Positions 12,421-23,884 of a DNA stretch of 64,000 nucleotides are shown one piece after another; position 1 is the stretch's first letter, and each line of letters begins with the position of its first letter. The notes under the pieces were generated by a model. The model ran no database searches, had not been told where the DNA came from, and was given only the letters and a program-made list of their open reading frames with translations. Source of the DNA: the human T2T-CHM13v2.0 reference genome, Homo sapiens; the NCBI RefSeq assembly GCF_009914755.1, contig NC_060930.1; one strand, 5' to 3'. A program made the position numbers and the translations under genes.

Positions 12421-15400
12421 ACCCAACTCACATTATCTTCCCATTCTTGTTTCATGGATGCTAAAGAGCAACTTAAAGAGATAGGGGTTGTAGCAGTTGG
12501 AGAAACCAATAGAGGAAGCTGGCAGCATTTCTTCAGATATTCCTTCTCTGGAAACTGCTAAGTTTAGAGAGGACTTGAAGGGCACTGAAGTTCTTCCATG
12601 ATTACAGATACCTGCAAGAGACTTAACCTGCCCATCTGTGACACCAGCACAGGCGACAGTCATATCCTCACTCTTATCACACCAGCAACAACTTTTTATT
12701 GATTTTTTTTCATGGTTCAGAGAGTAGAGTTTAACTGTTAGACTTATCTCTGTCTTTGTGTTGCTAGGCTATTTGGATTGGAAGTCATAGGAGCAGAAAC
12801 TCTTGGTAATGTTGAAAAAAAGTTCCGTTAGCTTTCAAGTATTTCACTCAGTGGGTGAATCAAAAAATTATTTTGAATCTGAAGGTTACTCATGTAATAA
12901 TTAAGATGACACATTTCAAACTCACCCTTCCTGACAAGTGTTTCTTTAAAGAGACACTGATGCCTCATAGAAAACTTGCAAGACATGACACATCAGCAGA
13001 AATTGTTTCTGTACAGAATGTTTTCCAAAGATTTTTTCCTGAGTAATCACTGGCATTTCCCCCCTTTTTTCTATAGTCTTTGCAAAACCTTCTGTTACTT
13101 CATGCTTCTTATTTTTTGTGCTGTTAGTAAAGGTTTCATTTTTTAAACAACTTCTAAAACCACAGTATAGGTAAAATTGGGTTTAAAATAAGTCAAATGC
13201 TCTGATTTGAATACTGATTAGGATAACACACACTCATCAATAAACATGGAGCCACAATGACCTCAGGAGGACAAGGAGCTTGTGATGTGCATCAGTTGTG
13301 TTTGGCAAATAGCTTTTACTTATGACTCTGAAGTCTGCTTAAATCCAGGTTCCCAAATGTAAAGGACATGAAGCTTCTACCTCAACTGCCAGCACTGCAT
13401 CAGGCAAAGCTTCTATTTTTGTTAGGAAGTCAAGCAGCATAATAACAACATAGTCAGTTCTCTAGATCATCTTTCTCGTCTTCCTACTCCAAATTGCTTT
13501 TTAGGGGTTTTAGGAAAGGTTTTCCATCCTGGACATGCACTTAGGGAGGTAATGAATCATTATTCCTAAGCCATATTCTTATTCTATTGCACAGATTTAA
13601 AAACAGAAGAAAAAAATCAAAATGCACTAATTTCCTGTGAGAGGAATAGGATGGTTTCATGCAGTATGACTAGATATTGATCCTGTAATAGGCTGATGAA
13701 GGGCAGCGGCTGGGAATTCAATGCAATTGATGTGATTGCTGCAGGAAGGGTCTGTTTAGGTGCCCTGGAAAGGAGTTAGGGAGCATCTGATAGCACCAAG
13801 CGTTTCAGCCTCTGTTTGGGGAGCTCATGGGCACAACTTTTGTAGTGTGTCCCACTGGGCTTCGGTGGCGAACAGAATATAAGTCAGCTGGAAGCTTTCC
13901 CTCATCCTGGAAGCCCAGCTCCAACAGCCTAAGGCTATGTGCCTTGGACTAGGATGGATGCCAGCCCCAGGAGGAAGAGGAGTGGGTGTGCAGGTCAGAG
14001 TGGGCAGCTCCATTCTGCCCCATTGGTAACTGGAGCCCCAGGGGGGACACTAAATTTGTGCAGAGGAAAACCTTATCTAGAAATTTGTGCCTGCTGGGTG
14101 CTGCTCTCCCACTCATGTACCCAAACGCGGCATTTCTCTCTCGCCCCTTTCCTCTTCTTCCTAGTTGGTGTTACCTCTCTCATGAAAGCTAAGACTCAGA
14201 GCAGAAATTTTCCTTGTTTGTTGCTGGAGAAACCTTCCACGATGTGGTAATTTCAGTACTAATTTGAAACTGAAAAAAAAAATAATATGGTGGTTGGGAG
14301 GAGGTAAGGAAGAGGGCAGAAAGAGATTAAAGATTAAAAAAGAGATTAAAAAAGAGAGAAGCCACATGAAATCAGGAGAAATTCCTGAAAGCAGCAACCC
14401 TTTGAGGAATTTACAGCTCTACTGATGCCTATTTAGCCACCCATCTGAAAGATCCTGGCAGGTTAATAAGCTTTGACAACTGGTGGCTCTATCTCATTTT
14501 TTTTTCACAGCTTTATGAAATACTCTACAGACCCCAGCTTATTGATAATTGATATTAATGTTGTAACAGCTGCCCTGGCTCACCTGGTGTGTTATCAAAT
14601 GCTGTGTGCTCAGCCCTGCCATGTGCCATGCCCTGGAGCTGCTTCCTATTCTGCACACAGGCCTGACTAGCAGGAGCCATCCCACACCTTTTGCAGGTGT
14701 CTAGGGCAAAGCTGTCAGCACAGGTACCCTCATGTCACTTCCAAATTGGGATCCTGGTGATTCGTTCAGATTTGACACAATTTGGTAGATTTCAAGGTGT
14801 AAAATGTCCTGAAACACAGGTGCTGGGGAAAAGATGTGCTTTGTTTTAGTCCCAGGCAGCTTTTGGCTACATTCTCATGAAGGAAATAACTCATGGGAAA
14901 GTAGTTAAATGGGTTTGCCTCATTCAGAAAGGGAGAGGTGAGAATATCTTCTTTTAGCAAGTTCAGTAGGCACAGTTGGGACGCACAAAGTAATGCTTCA
15001 CACTGTAAACACAGCCCTGAGAAGTACATTGACTTACTTCTAAATTTTAAGCATTCTCCAAGACTGAGTTTGTGACTGAGTTCTTATGAAACAGCAAATT
15101 ATATTAGATTTACTAAAAATCACTTAACAAAGAGTAGCTGTGGGGAGGAGACAGTCCTACTAGTGAATGATCTCAATATTGATTTCTGTTTGTGTTTCCT
15201 AATGGAAAATAGCTGCAATGAAATGCAATAAACATTGATGGAGAAAGATCATTATAACTAGAGGGTGTTACGGTAATAAATTGGTGATTATCCTATGATA
15301 TCAACAGCAGCTGATAGAAGGTGGGCAGGCAAAGAGCAATGGCCAGTGGATTACAACTATTAGTGATCCCAGATGGGGTACCGGCAAGTTTGGAATCATC

Positions 15401-15679
15401 TTAATCTTTCTTGGTGACCTTTTTTACTATGTGGCTTTTGTTATGGAAATTTGGTGCTTTGACATAGAAGTATGAAGACATTTATATGATACACAGAAGT
15501 CTGTACTGTGGTACAGTGAATAAAAGAGAATCTAGAGGCTGAAGCATACTCTGAAGGAAGATGGCAAAATGATGATATAATGCATTTGCTACTAGGGAGA
15601 GCTATGCCTCAGGAGAAATTTCTCTCCACGAATAGGCCTCTGTTCTTTCTTGCTCATGTGCTATAGTTCACTCTCTCAT

Positions 15680-15835
15680 GGTGGAACATGAGGCAGTTCA
15701 TCTCATAGTTGATTTCCTCATCTGTAGAATGGAAATAACCACATTTGCCTAACTCTTAGGGTAATTATGCAGTTCAGGTGAGGTAATAGGAGAAAATGCC
15801 TTTGAAAAATTATAGAGCCTCCTATAAATAACAGG
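15680..15835 (+). mobile_element. MIR
   Basis: tttcctcatctgtagaatggaaataac core. Confidence 0.8.
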
Positions 15836-15838
15836 GAC

Positions 15839-16195
15839 TGCCTTAGTCCTTTTGGCCACTATGACAAAAATATCTTAGACTAGGTAATTTATAAGCAATG
15901 GTAATGTATTGCTCTCAATTCTGGAGGCTCCCAAAGTCCAAGATCAAGTCTCCCAAATATTCAGTGTCTGGTGAGGGCCTGTTCCTCATAAATGGCACCT
16001 TCTCTGTGTCCCCACATGGCTAAGGGCAAGAAAGCTTTCTTGGACCTTTCTTATAAGGGCAGTAATCCCCTTCATGAGGGAGAGTCCTCTTGACTTAAGT
16101 GCCTCCCAAAGTCCCCACCTTCCTGATACCATCACCTTGGTGATTAGGTTTCAATATATGAATTTTGGAGAGACACAAATATTCAGACCACAGCA
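15839..16195 (-). mobile_element. MaLR solo LTR (MSTD/MSTC-like)
   Basis: TG...CA ends; 5-bp TSD gggac/gtgac with one mismatch; MST-type body. Confidence 0.9.
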
Positions 16196-16529
16196 GTGAC
16201 CTGAGTTTGAAGATCTGTAATGTGTACATTACCTTGAATGTGCCCATCTGAAATGGGGTGAGGCAATATGAGAATGGGTGATGGATGTTTGTTTCCATTC
16301 TCAGCCCATAGCAAAGACAAAGAGTCATGAATAACAACATGCTGGATCCATTCACTAATCAATAGGTGAATGGTTTCCTGAAGTCTGGAGGGACTGATCG
16401 TTGAAGAATGAATATAATTTTACCAGATATCTAGAGGAGGTGAGAAGGGGAAGGGCACTGGAGCACCTGTTCATATTTCTAAAAGCTTGGGGTGCTTCCT
16501 GCTATGAACAATTTCTCAAGCCTTTAGTA

Positions 16530-16757
16530 AAACTGACCCCTCCTACTTCTCTGTCCCATGTGTACCCTGTGTGAGATTTTTATAACAGAACTTATACCAT
16601 ATTTTAAAACGTACTATTTACATGTCTGAGGTGCTCTACTCAATTGAGATCCTGAAAGTTGCAGAGTGTGATTTATTTTTAAATGGCTCATTTCTAGTAT
16701 AATGCCTGGCATGTGGTGAGTGTCCAATATTTATTTCTTGAATAAATTCATAAATGA
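16530..16757 (+). mobile_element. L2 3' end
   Basis: tgcctggcatgtggtgagtgtccaatatttatttcttgaataaat. Confidence 0.75.
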
Positions 16758-16759
16758 GG

Positions 16760-17200
16760 TCAAAGGCATGGGAGCCTAGAACACAAGATGTGAAGCTAGC
16801 ATATTCATGAAACTGTAGTGCAGCAAGTCTAGTTTGTAGGCTACTTGGGTTGGGGAAAACAGAGTTACGAATAGGAACTCGTGGGCAATCAGGTTAAAAC
16901 GGGAAGATGGATCAGATTAAAAATTTATGTTTAAGGAGTTGAGGTTTAATTTTATGAACCTTAGAATCTATAAGAGTTATTAAGTAGGAGAGTAACAAGA
17001 TCAGAAAAGTCTGACAATGAGGAAGATGGATGGAAGGGAGAAAAACTAGAGGTGAAGAAACCAGTCAGGATACTATTCCAGTGGCCCTGGGAAAGATGAT
17101 GGGATGATGAGTGTTTGAATGATAGCAGTAACAGCTCTGAAGAAATAGGAAGGGAGAAGAAGGCATAGATTTGACAGCCATTTCAGGATGAAGCTGGTTA
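16760..17200 (-). mobile_element. L2 remnant
   Basis: ttaaggagttgaggtttaatttt...taagtaggagagtaacaagatcaga...aaaccagtcaggatactatt. Confidence 0.65.
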
Positions 17201-17266
17201 ATTTCTGTAATACTTCCTCTTGATCGTCATCATACATGCCTATTGAAGCAAATTTGGTTCACACTG

Positions 17267-17759
17267 TGTTATGGGTTGAATTGTGTCCCCTACCCTACCC
17301 CTGCTCCCAAAGATATACTTAAGTCTTAATTCCCAGTACCTCCCAATGTGACCTTATGTGGAAACAGGGTCTTTAAGAGGTAATCAAGTTAAAATGATGT
17401 CATTAAAATGGGTCCCAATACAGTATGACTGGTGTTTATAAAAAAGGAAAATTTGAACACAGAGAAAGATATGCCCAAGGGAAGATGATGTGAAGACACA
17501 TAGGGAGAAGATGGCTATTGGACTGGAGTGATGTGTCAAGGGCACATCCCTTGACAAGGGATGTCAAGGATTGCCACAAACACCAGAAGTTACAAGAGGC
17601 AAGGAAGGATTCTCCCCTAAAGCCATCGGAGAGAGCATGGCCCTGCTGAAACCTTGCTCTTGGACTTCTAGCCTCCAGGCTGTAAGACAATAAATTTTTG
17701 TTGTTTTAAGCCCCTCAGTTTTCGGTACTTTGTTACAGGAGCCCTAGGAAACTAATACA
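17267..17759 (+). mobile_element. MLT1C solo LTR
   Basis: tgttatgggttgaattgtgtccc...aataaatttttgttgttttaagcc...ctaggaaactaataca. Confidence 0.9.
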
Positions 17760-17799
17760 TATACAATAGTATGTGAAATTAGGGAAAAAAACCTTAATA

Positions 17800-18735
17800 C
17801 TAACTCACTGAAATAATTGCTATTAACTTTTTGCTACATTTCCTTCAAATCTTTTTCAAGCCTCTACCAGGAGTAAATGAAAGTGCTCGATTTGCCACAT
17901 TCTGTCTAGCACTGATCATCATATTTTGTGTTTATTTTGCTGATTTTATAGGTAAAAGTAATTTATGCCCTTTCCAACCGGGGCCTTTTGTATAAAAAAT
18001 GTCAAAGTATTACAGAGGATGAAGATCCCACTTCTCATACCAGTCATTCATAATTCCATGCTTTTGTGTCAATTAATCTCAATATTTTAACACTTTCTTT
18101 CAGTTTCATGTAAATATTTTCACAACTGAGTTTGTTATATTTAAATAAATTGAATTTTACTTTTAAAAGGAAATATTAAATTATATTTACTTTCCCATGT
18201 CATGGAGACTTCAGAAACTTGCTATTCTATCATCTATTAGAATATTCTGTTAATAGATGTACCATGACATATTAAGCAATTACTTAATGGGGAGCATTCA
18301 TGTTGTTCCTATAATAAATACCCTTTTACTTTACAGAAATGATCTACATTTCTGGTTATCTACTTGGGACATTTCACAGAAGAGTGATTACCTGGTGAAA
18401 AGAAAATGAACAATGATAAGACTCTTGATACCTATTGCCACTTACTGTTTTCTGGTATTGTACCAATTTGTTCTCTCACAAGCACTATATGAGGGAATCT
18501 ATCTCGTCCAATATCATTAGATGCTTTCATTAAAAAAAAAACTTGGCTAATTTGACAGGAAAAAACGACTGTATATTATTGCTCTTTTAAGTAACAATCC
18601 TTTCATTAATGGTAAGTCTGAATATTTTCCTGTATCTTATTTAGATATTTTCATTTTCACTTTTTAATTTGTTTACATTCTTTGTACTGCAATTTTAATC
18701 TTTTTCTTGTCAGTTTGTTTGACTTTATTATACAT
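17800..18735 (-). mobile_element. Degraded L1ME-type remnants
   Basis: T-rich antisense L1 text such as ttgtaccaatttgttctctcacaagcactatatgaggg. Confidence 0.55.
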
Positions 18736-18750
18736 TTAAGATATCAACCC

Positions 18751-19041
<291 letters not shown>

Positions 19042-19919
19042 TCAACCCTTCGTAATATTGTTGCACATACACACACAATTTCCCTTTAATTCTTTCTTTT
19101 TTTTTTTACACAAAGGAGTTAATGAATTTTAGAAAAAAATTATTTTCTGTTTTTTTCCATGTATTCATGTCTCAAAGAAATGTAGTAGGGTCTCCTAGGT
19201 AACCTAAACTGGGATTCTGTTTCACTGTTTGTGGATCTTGTGAATGGTGCCATCTCATTTATGGAGCATGTGTTTATTAAAACTGATATTTATTTTAGTT
19301 TGGGGAATTGGCTAGACAAAGAATGAGAAGGTTATCTTTGCAAGCTCATTGACTAGTCTAATAGAGAGAATGGAACACCACTGGTTTCCTCCCTGATCTT
19401 GAGCCCGAGTGGTAGTTCTAGGGAGTGAAGGGTGAGAAAGAGGATGGGGTAGATTTCTGAGAGGCACTGTGAGAACGGAGTGCCTGTAATGCTGCTTCTA
19501 GTTCAGGAAACAGCATGCAGCCTGAGGGGGGAGGAGGGCCCTGTCTTCACATGCATATGAAACCTGACATTCTCTGCTGTCTCAAAGTGTATGGCTTTAG
19601 GAAACCTGTGGGAGAGGATTCTAGGCAGCATCATTCATTTTCCGTGATTGGGCACCATCCACAGTGGCAATTATGAAGCACTTAAAGGTGGCACCATGGG
19701 CAGGCCTCACGTTCATAAGGAGACACTAATGCAGGGAAGAGCAAACCTTGAAGTTGGTTTGTGAGCACATGCGAGGCTCTCCCTTAGAAAATTATGGATA
19801 CTGGGAGATCTATGTTCAGAGATTGTAAAGAGAAAAGGAACTTGGGTGATTGCACCTACAGGTGGGTGAATCCCAGAACATTATTAACATTTAGAAAACC
19901 TTCCACAATTCAGATCAAG

Positions 19920-20530
19920 TTAATATTGAGAGATATTTTAAATGCGGATTGACAAGATTTAGTGACTGATTGGCCCCAACAGGTAAGAAAAGGCAGCTTC
20001 GCAGGACTGGCCATGCTGGAGTTTCTAGTTTGAGCAACTGGGTACATTCTTGCCTAAATCTTTTCTGTGCTTCCATGATATGTCCAGATAGAGGGTAAGA
20101 GAAAGGCCTTGGAACATAGTGAGTTGAGTTAGGAGAAAGATAGTACCAGAAGTACTTTTGGAAGTCATGGAATATGGTGAAAAGTTAAAGCCATGAAAAT
20201 AAATTAGATCAATGATGGAGAATAACATCTATTCATGCATTCATCTTGTCTTTTATTCCATGATTCATTCTTTGGCTTTTGCAGAAAAAAATTTAAATCT
20301 GTGAAATGCAGAGCATTTAGAAGTCTTAGTTTCATTTCTGAGAGATGTTTCAGTGGAGTGAGCAGAGAGAAGCCAGATTGTAGTGGGCTGAGAAGCAAAT
20401 GAGAAAAGAGGAACCGTGGGTACAGAATTTAGGGTTTGGAAGGAAAGGGAGGAAAGAGAGAATGTTGTAGTCAAAAATGGGAAGCAGAACCTTGAAAGTG
20501 ATTTGATTTTGGATGGGAAGAAGGAAAGGA
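19920..20530 (-). mobile_element. L2 remnants
   Basis: tttcagtggagtgagcagagaagccagattgtagtgggctgaga. Confidence 0.7.
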
Positions 20531-20544
20531 GAAGGATGTATATT

Positions 20545-20710
20545 TCTTAGAGTGAGCATATGTACCAGGCATTGGGCTGAATGCTTTATGTACAGCATCT
20601 CATTTAATTATCCCCTAAAATCTTGTGAGGCATGGATTATTACTCCCATTTTGTAGAAGAGAAAATTGAGGTTAGAGAGGTTGCCCATGGTCACATATCT
20701 AGAAATTAAT
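20545..20710 (-). mobile_element. MIR
   Basis: ccaggcattgggctgaatgcttta...cccattttgtagaagagaaaattgagg. Confidence 0.85.
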
Positions 20711-20898
20711 ATGATAGCTAGAAAGATCTGTTGGCTTCATACCTCTCTCAGTGGATACAGAGAAAATGAAAGTTTAAGAATAAGGTGGCTAAACATGGTC
20801 ACATTTCTAGAAATTAATATCATAGCTAGAAAGATCTATTGGCTTCATACTTCTCTCAGTGGATACAGAGAAAATGAAAGTCTAAGAATAAGGTGGCT
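20686..20898. repeat. 108-bp tandem duplication (2 copies)
   Basis: catggtcaca...aggtggct starts at 20686 and 20794; 5 substitutions by eye. Confidence 0.95.
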
Positions 20899-21334
20899 GA
20901 TTGATGGAGAGAAACCCTGGAAGATGTTGAAAGGGAGGGAATCCATATATGACATTACCTTGTGAGAAAACAGCAGGAGAGAAAAAAAATAAAGATAGAG
21001 TTAAATAAGGAGGAAAGAAAGTTCAGAAGAAAGAAATCGAAGAAATTTGTAATTTGATGGCCTCTATTTTTTAGTAGGATATTATGACATCTGTTGATAG
21101 ATTTTGGAAGTGATTTCAGGGGATTTGGGATAAGATTAAAAGTTTGAAACAGCTGCATGGGGCACGGGGACAGGCCACAGAGTGGGAAAAGTGATAGAAC
21201 TGCAGGCTATCACCAAAGGCCCTGAAGTTGAAACATGTTTAGAATAGGTCTTATTAGCATGTGCATGTGATTATTCATCAGCTCTGTCAGATGCAAGCAA
21301 GAATAGATATTTTAGTTCCTTTAGGAAATACTCC

Positions 21335-21570
21335 TAATTCATTCATCAGACACTTGTTGAGTACTAGAACCTGTGTTAAATGCTAGGGATATATGCACAC
21401 ATGAGTCAAAGGTCTTTTGTTAGAACACTGCCTGTGAAGGAAAGTTGACTTTAAAGTTACAATATCAAGCTTTAAGGATTGTGTTAAACAACATTGCAGT
21501 GGAAGAAGCTGTCTGGGAAGTAGGGAAAGTCCTCAGAGAGGCAATTATTTAAGGTGGGCCTTGAAAGCAT
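21335..21570 (-). mobile_element. L2 3' end
   Basis: attcattcatcagacacttgttgagtact...tgctagggat. Confidence 0.65.
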
Positions 21571-23884
21571 TCTAAGAATCTCTTATTTCTAGGCCTACTT
21601 GACTTAATTATTATCTTGGATGACTTTCTCCTTTGTCCTGCAACAATCAAAGAGTTCCAAGTGAACTATTGGTTTCTGGCCGTTCCTTAACCAGCCCAAA
21701 CATGCAAGGCTCTTCCTAAGTACACTTGGCCTTAAAAAGGTGAAGACTCTCCCTTCATTGACTCCTAGCTTAGAGACCTGCATTTAGTGTTCACTAGAAA
21801 GTATGAAATAGACCAGGTAAGACCTAACTTATGATGTGGAGGGCTAAAATTAAATAAAGCACTCACTGTGTTTAGGAAAGAGGGAGAATTCACTGAATAC
21901 CCCAGGGTAACCCAGGAAACTGGAACACATTTCCCTCCACTCTCCTCTGGGTATTTTGCTCCTTAACAGGAGTCCTCTGCTGCCTAAAGTAAATGCTATG
22001 TGATGGCTTTTTGAGAGTAAGCTGGAGCGGGAAATGTGATTTTGCCTGAATGCTGGATAGCTAACGTCCTTCAGTGATTTTTATAGCCTTCAGTCAGTAC
22101 GTTCCAGGCAGAGGCTGTAGAACTGTGGACAAACATTCCTCTCTAGGTCAGACAGGCAGAAAACATTCATTCTATCTCATAATAACAAAACATCCTTAAA
22201 AGGTGGCCTTGGAATGATGGAGGGAGGCGTTGAATTGAATAGCTATTTCTTGCTTCCCTTAAATACAGTGCTAATATTCTTCTCAAAACTTTCTATATAA
22301 AGGCTATGGTATATTTTTCTTCCCTCTTTTCTCTGAGAATGAATATTTTCTAGAATATGCCTTAATGGTGAAACAGACTTCAAGCTTCTCATTTGCATTG
22401 TTGTGCTATGTTCTTTCATAGTTTCATGAACAATAACCTCCCACTTCTCCACAGGCTGATGGGATAATTTGCTCTGCTAAGAAGATGAAAATCAAAATGT
22501 AGAGATTTTTTTTTTAAAGAGTGTTGTTCAATGGAAAAGTTTCCAGCAGTGCAGGCAGTGAAGTTTTAGGTGTTTTAGATTATAGACTGGGATAAAAGAT
22601 CTTCCAGTAAGGAAGACTATGTACATTGCATGTGATGGATTGTTTTAGACTTAAAATCTTTTAACAATACAGCTGTTTCTCCTGTGGTTTCCTGGCAGTG
22701 ATACTGAGAGGAAACAATATGTCTCCCAGGCTTGGTTTCAACTTTGCCTGCTATTGGAATAATGATGGCAAGGGAAGATTCCCTCTATTCTTCACTTATG
22801 ATCTGGTGTTTCCTAAATTTCCTTTATGATTTACAGTCATGATGAAAAGGGAAAGTTAGACCATGGAAGACTGCCCTTGGGAGAAGAATTTAGCTCTGAG
22901 GGTCTTGTGCTTGAGTTTCAGGATTCTGACCAACTGCCTCTTCTTCGGTGCTCCCTCTTGGTGTCAGGGTTGAGAGCTGCAACATGCAATTCTATCTGCT
23001 CACACTGTCCTCTGAAAGTTACATCACAAGGCCAGTGGGAGCATAGAGAAAAATCTGTGGAATTTTGTGATGTCCTGCTTAGAAGTATTGTCTGTGTTCA
23101 TAATACTGGGTAGGTAAAAGGCTGTTCTGTTCAGCTTTTGCCTCTGAGACTAGTGCAAAACAGACAAAGGGAGACCCTTGACTTGCTCCCGTCCTTAGTG
23201 ACTGGTGGTAAGAAGACACTTGCCTTCATTTCTCTAACACAGTCATTGTTAACTTTTTTCAGGGGAAGAAATTATGATTCCCCAGGGGACATTTTTATTA
23301 GTGCTCACAGGAGAGTCTAGGCAACCCTAGGAAAGCATAATGCCAAGAACCAGTAATAAGGGATTATGCTTCAGATTAACTTTGGGTGTTCAAGGTTTGT
23401 TTTGCTTGAGTGACTGACTCATGTGGTACTCTAATGGGAGCATTCTGTAATCATTACTGTTGTGCTTTCTGTAGGAAATGCCATAATCTTAACAGATGCA
23501 ATTCATATTTATGGAAATGTCTAATGCTTTCTTTGAGTTTCACTAAGCCCCACACTCTGTAACAGTGAAGTCAGCAGGTGAGCACAGGGCATAGCTGGCT
23601 TCTCATGCTGCAATTCTTCATTTCCAGTCCTCCCACCCCTGACTCCCTGGCAGAAATGCTGCAGTCAATTTGACACCTCAAAACACCCACTTAGAACACC
23701 AGAGGAGTAGAAGAGATGTAGATGAGGCTGATGTGACAATACACATATGTCCTTCTGGAAAAAAAAGCTTCTTTAATACTTAATAACTGATTTTCTCCAG
23801 AATTCAACAAGGCTTCTGAGTGAATTAAATCTGTTGCCCAGAGATTTCAGTTAGAGTAGGCAAGGCTGTAGTAACAAATAGATT

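Noticed and set aside
14033-14052. CTCF-like gccccaggggggacac (also tgccccttgtggc at about 33891)
   Set aside because: The first lacks the invariant core C; the second has incorrect spacing
20666-20965. 99-aa ORF with an internal 36-aa repeat
   Set aside because: By-product of the 108-bp duplication in MIR/L2-derived DNA
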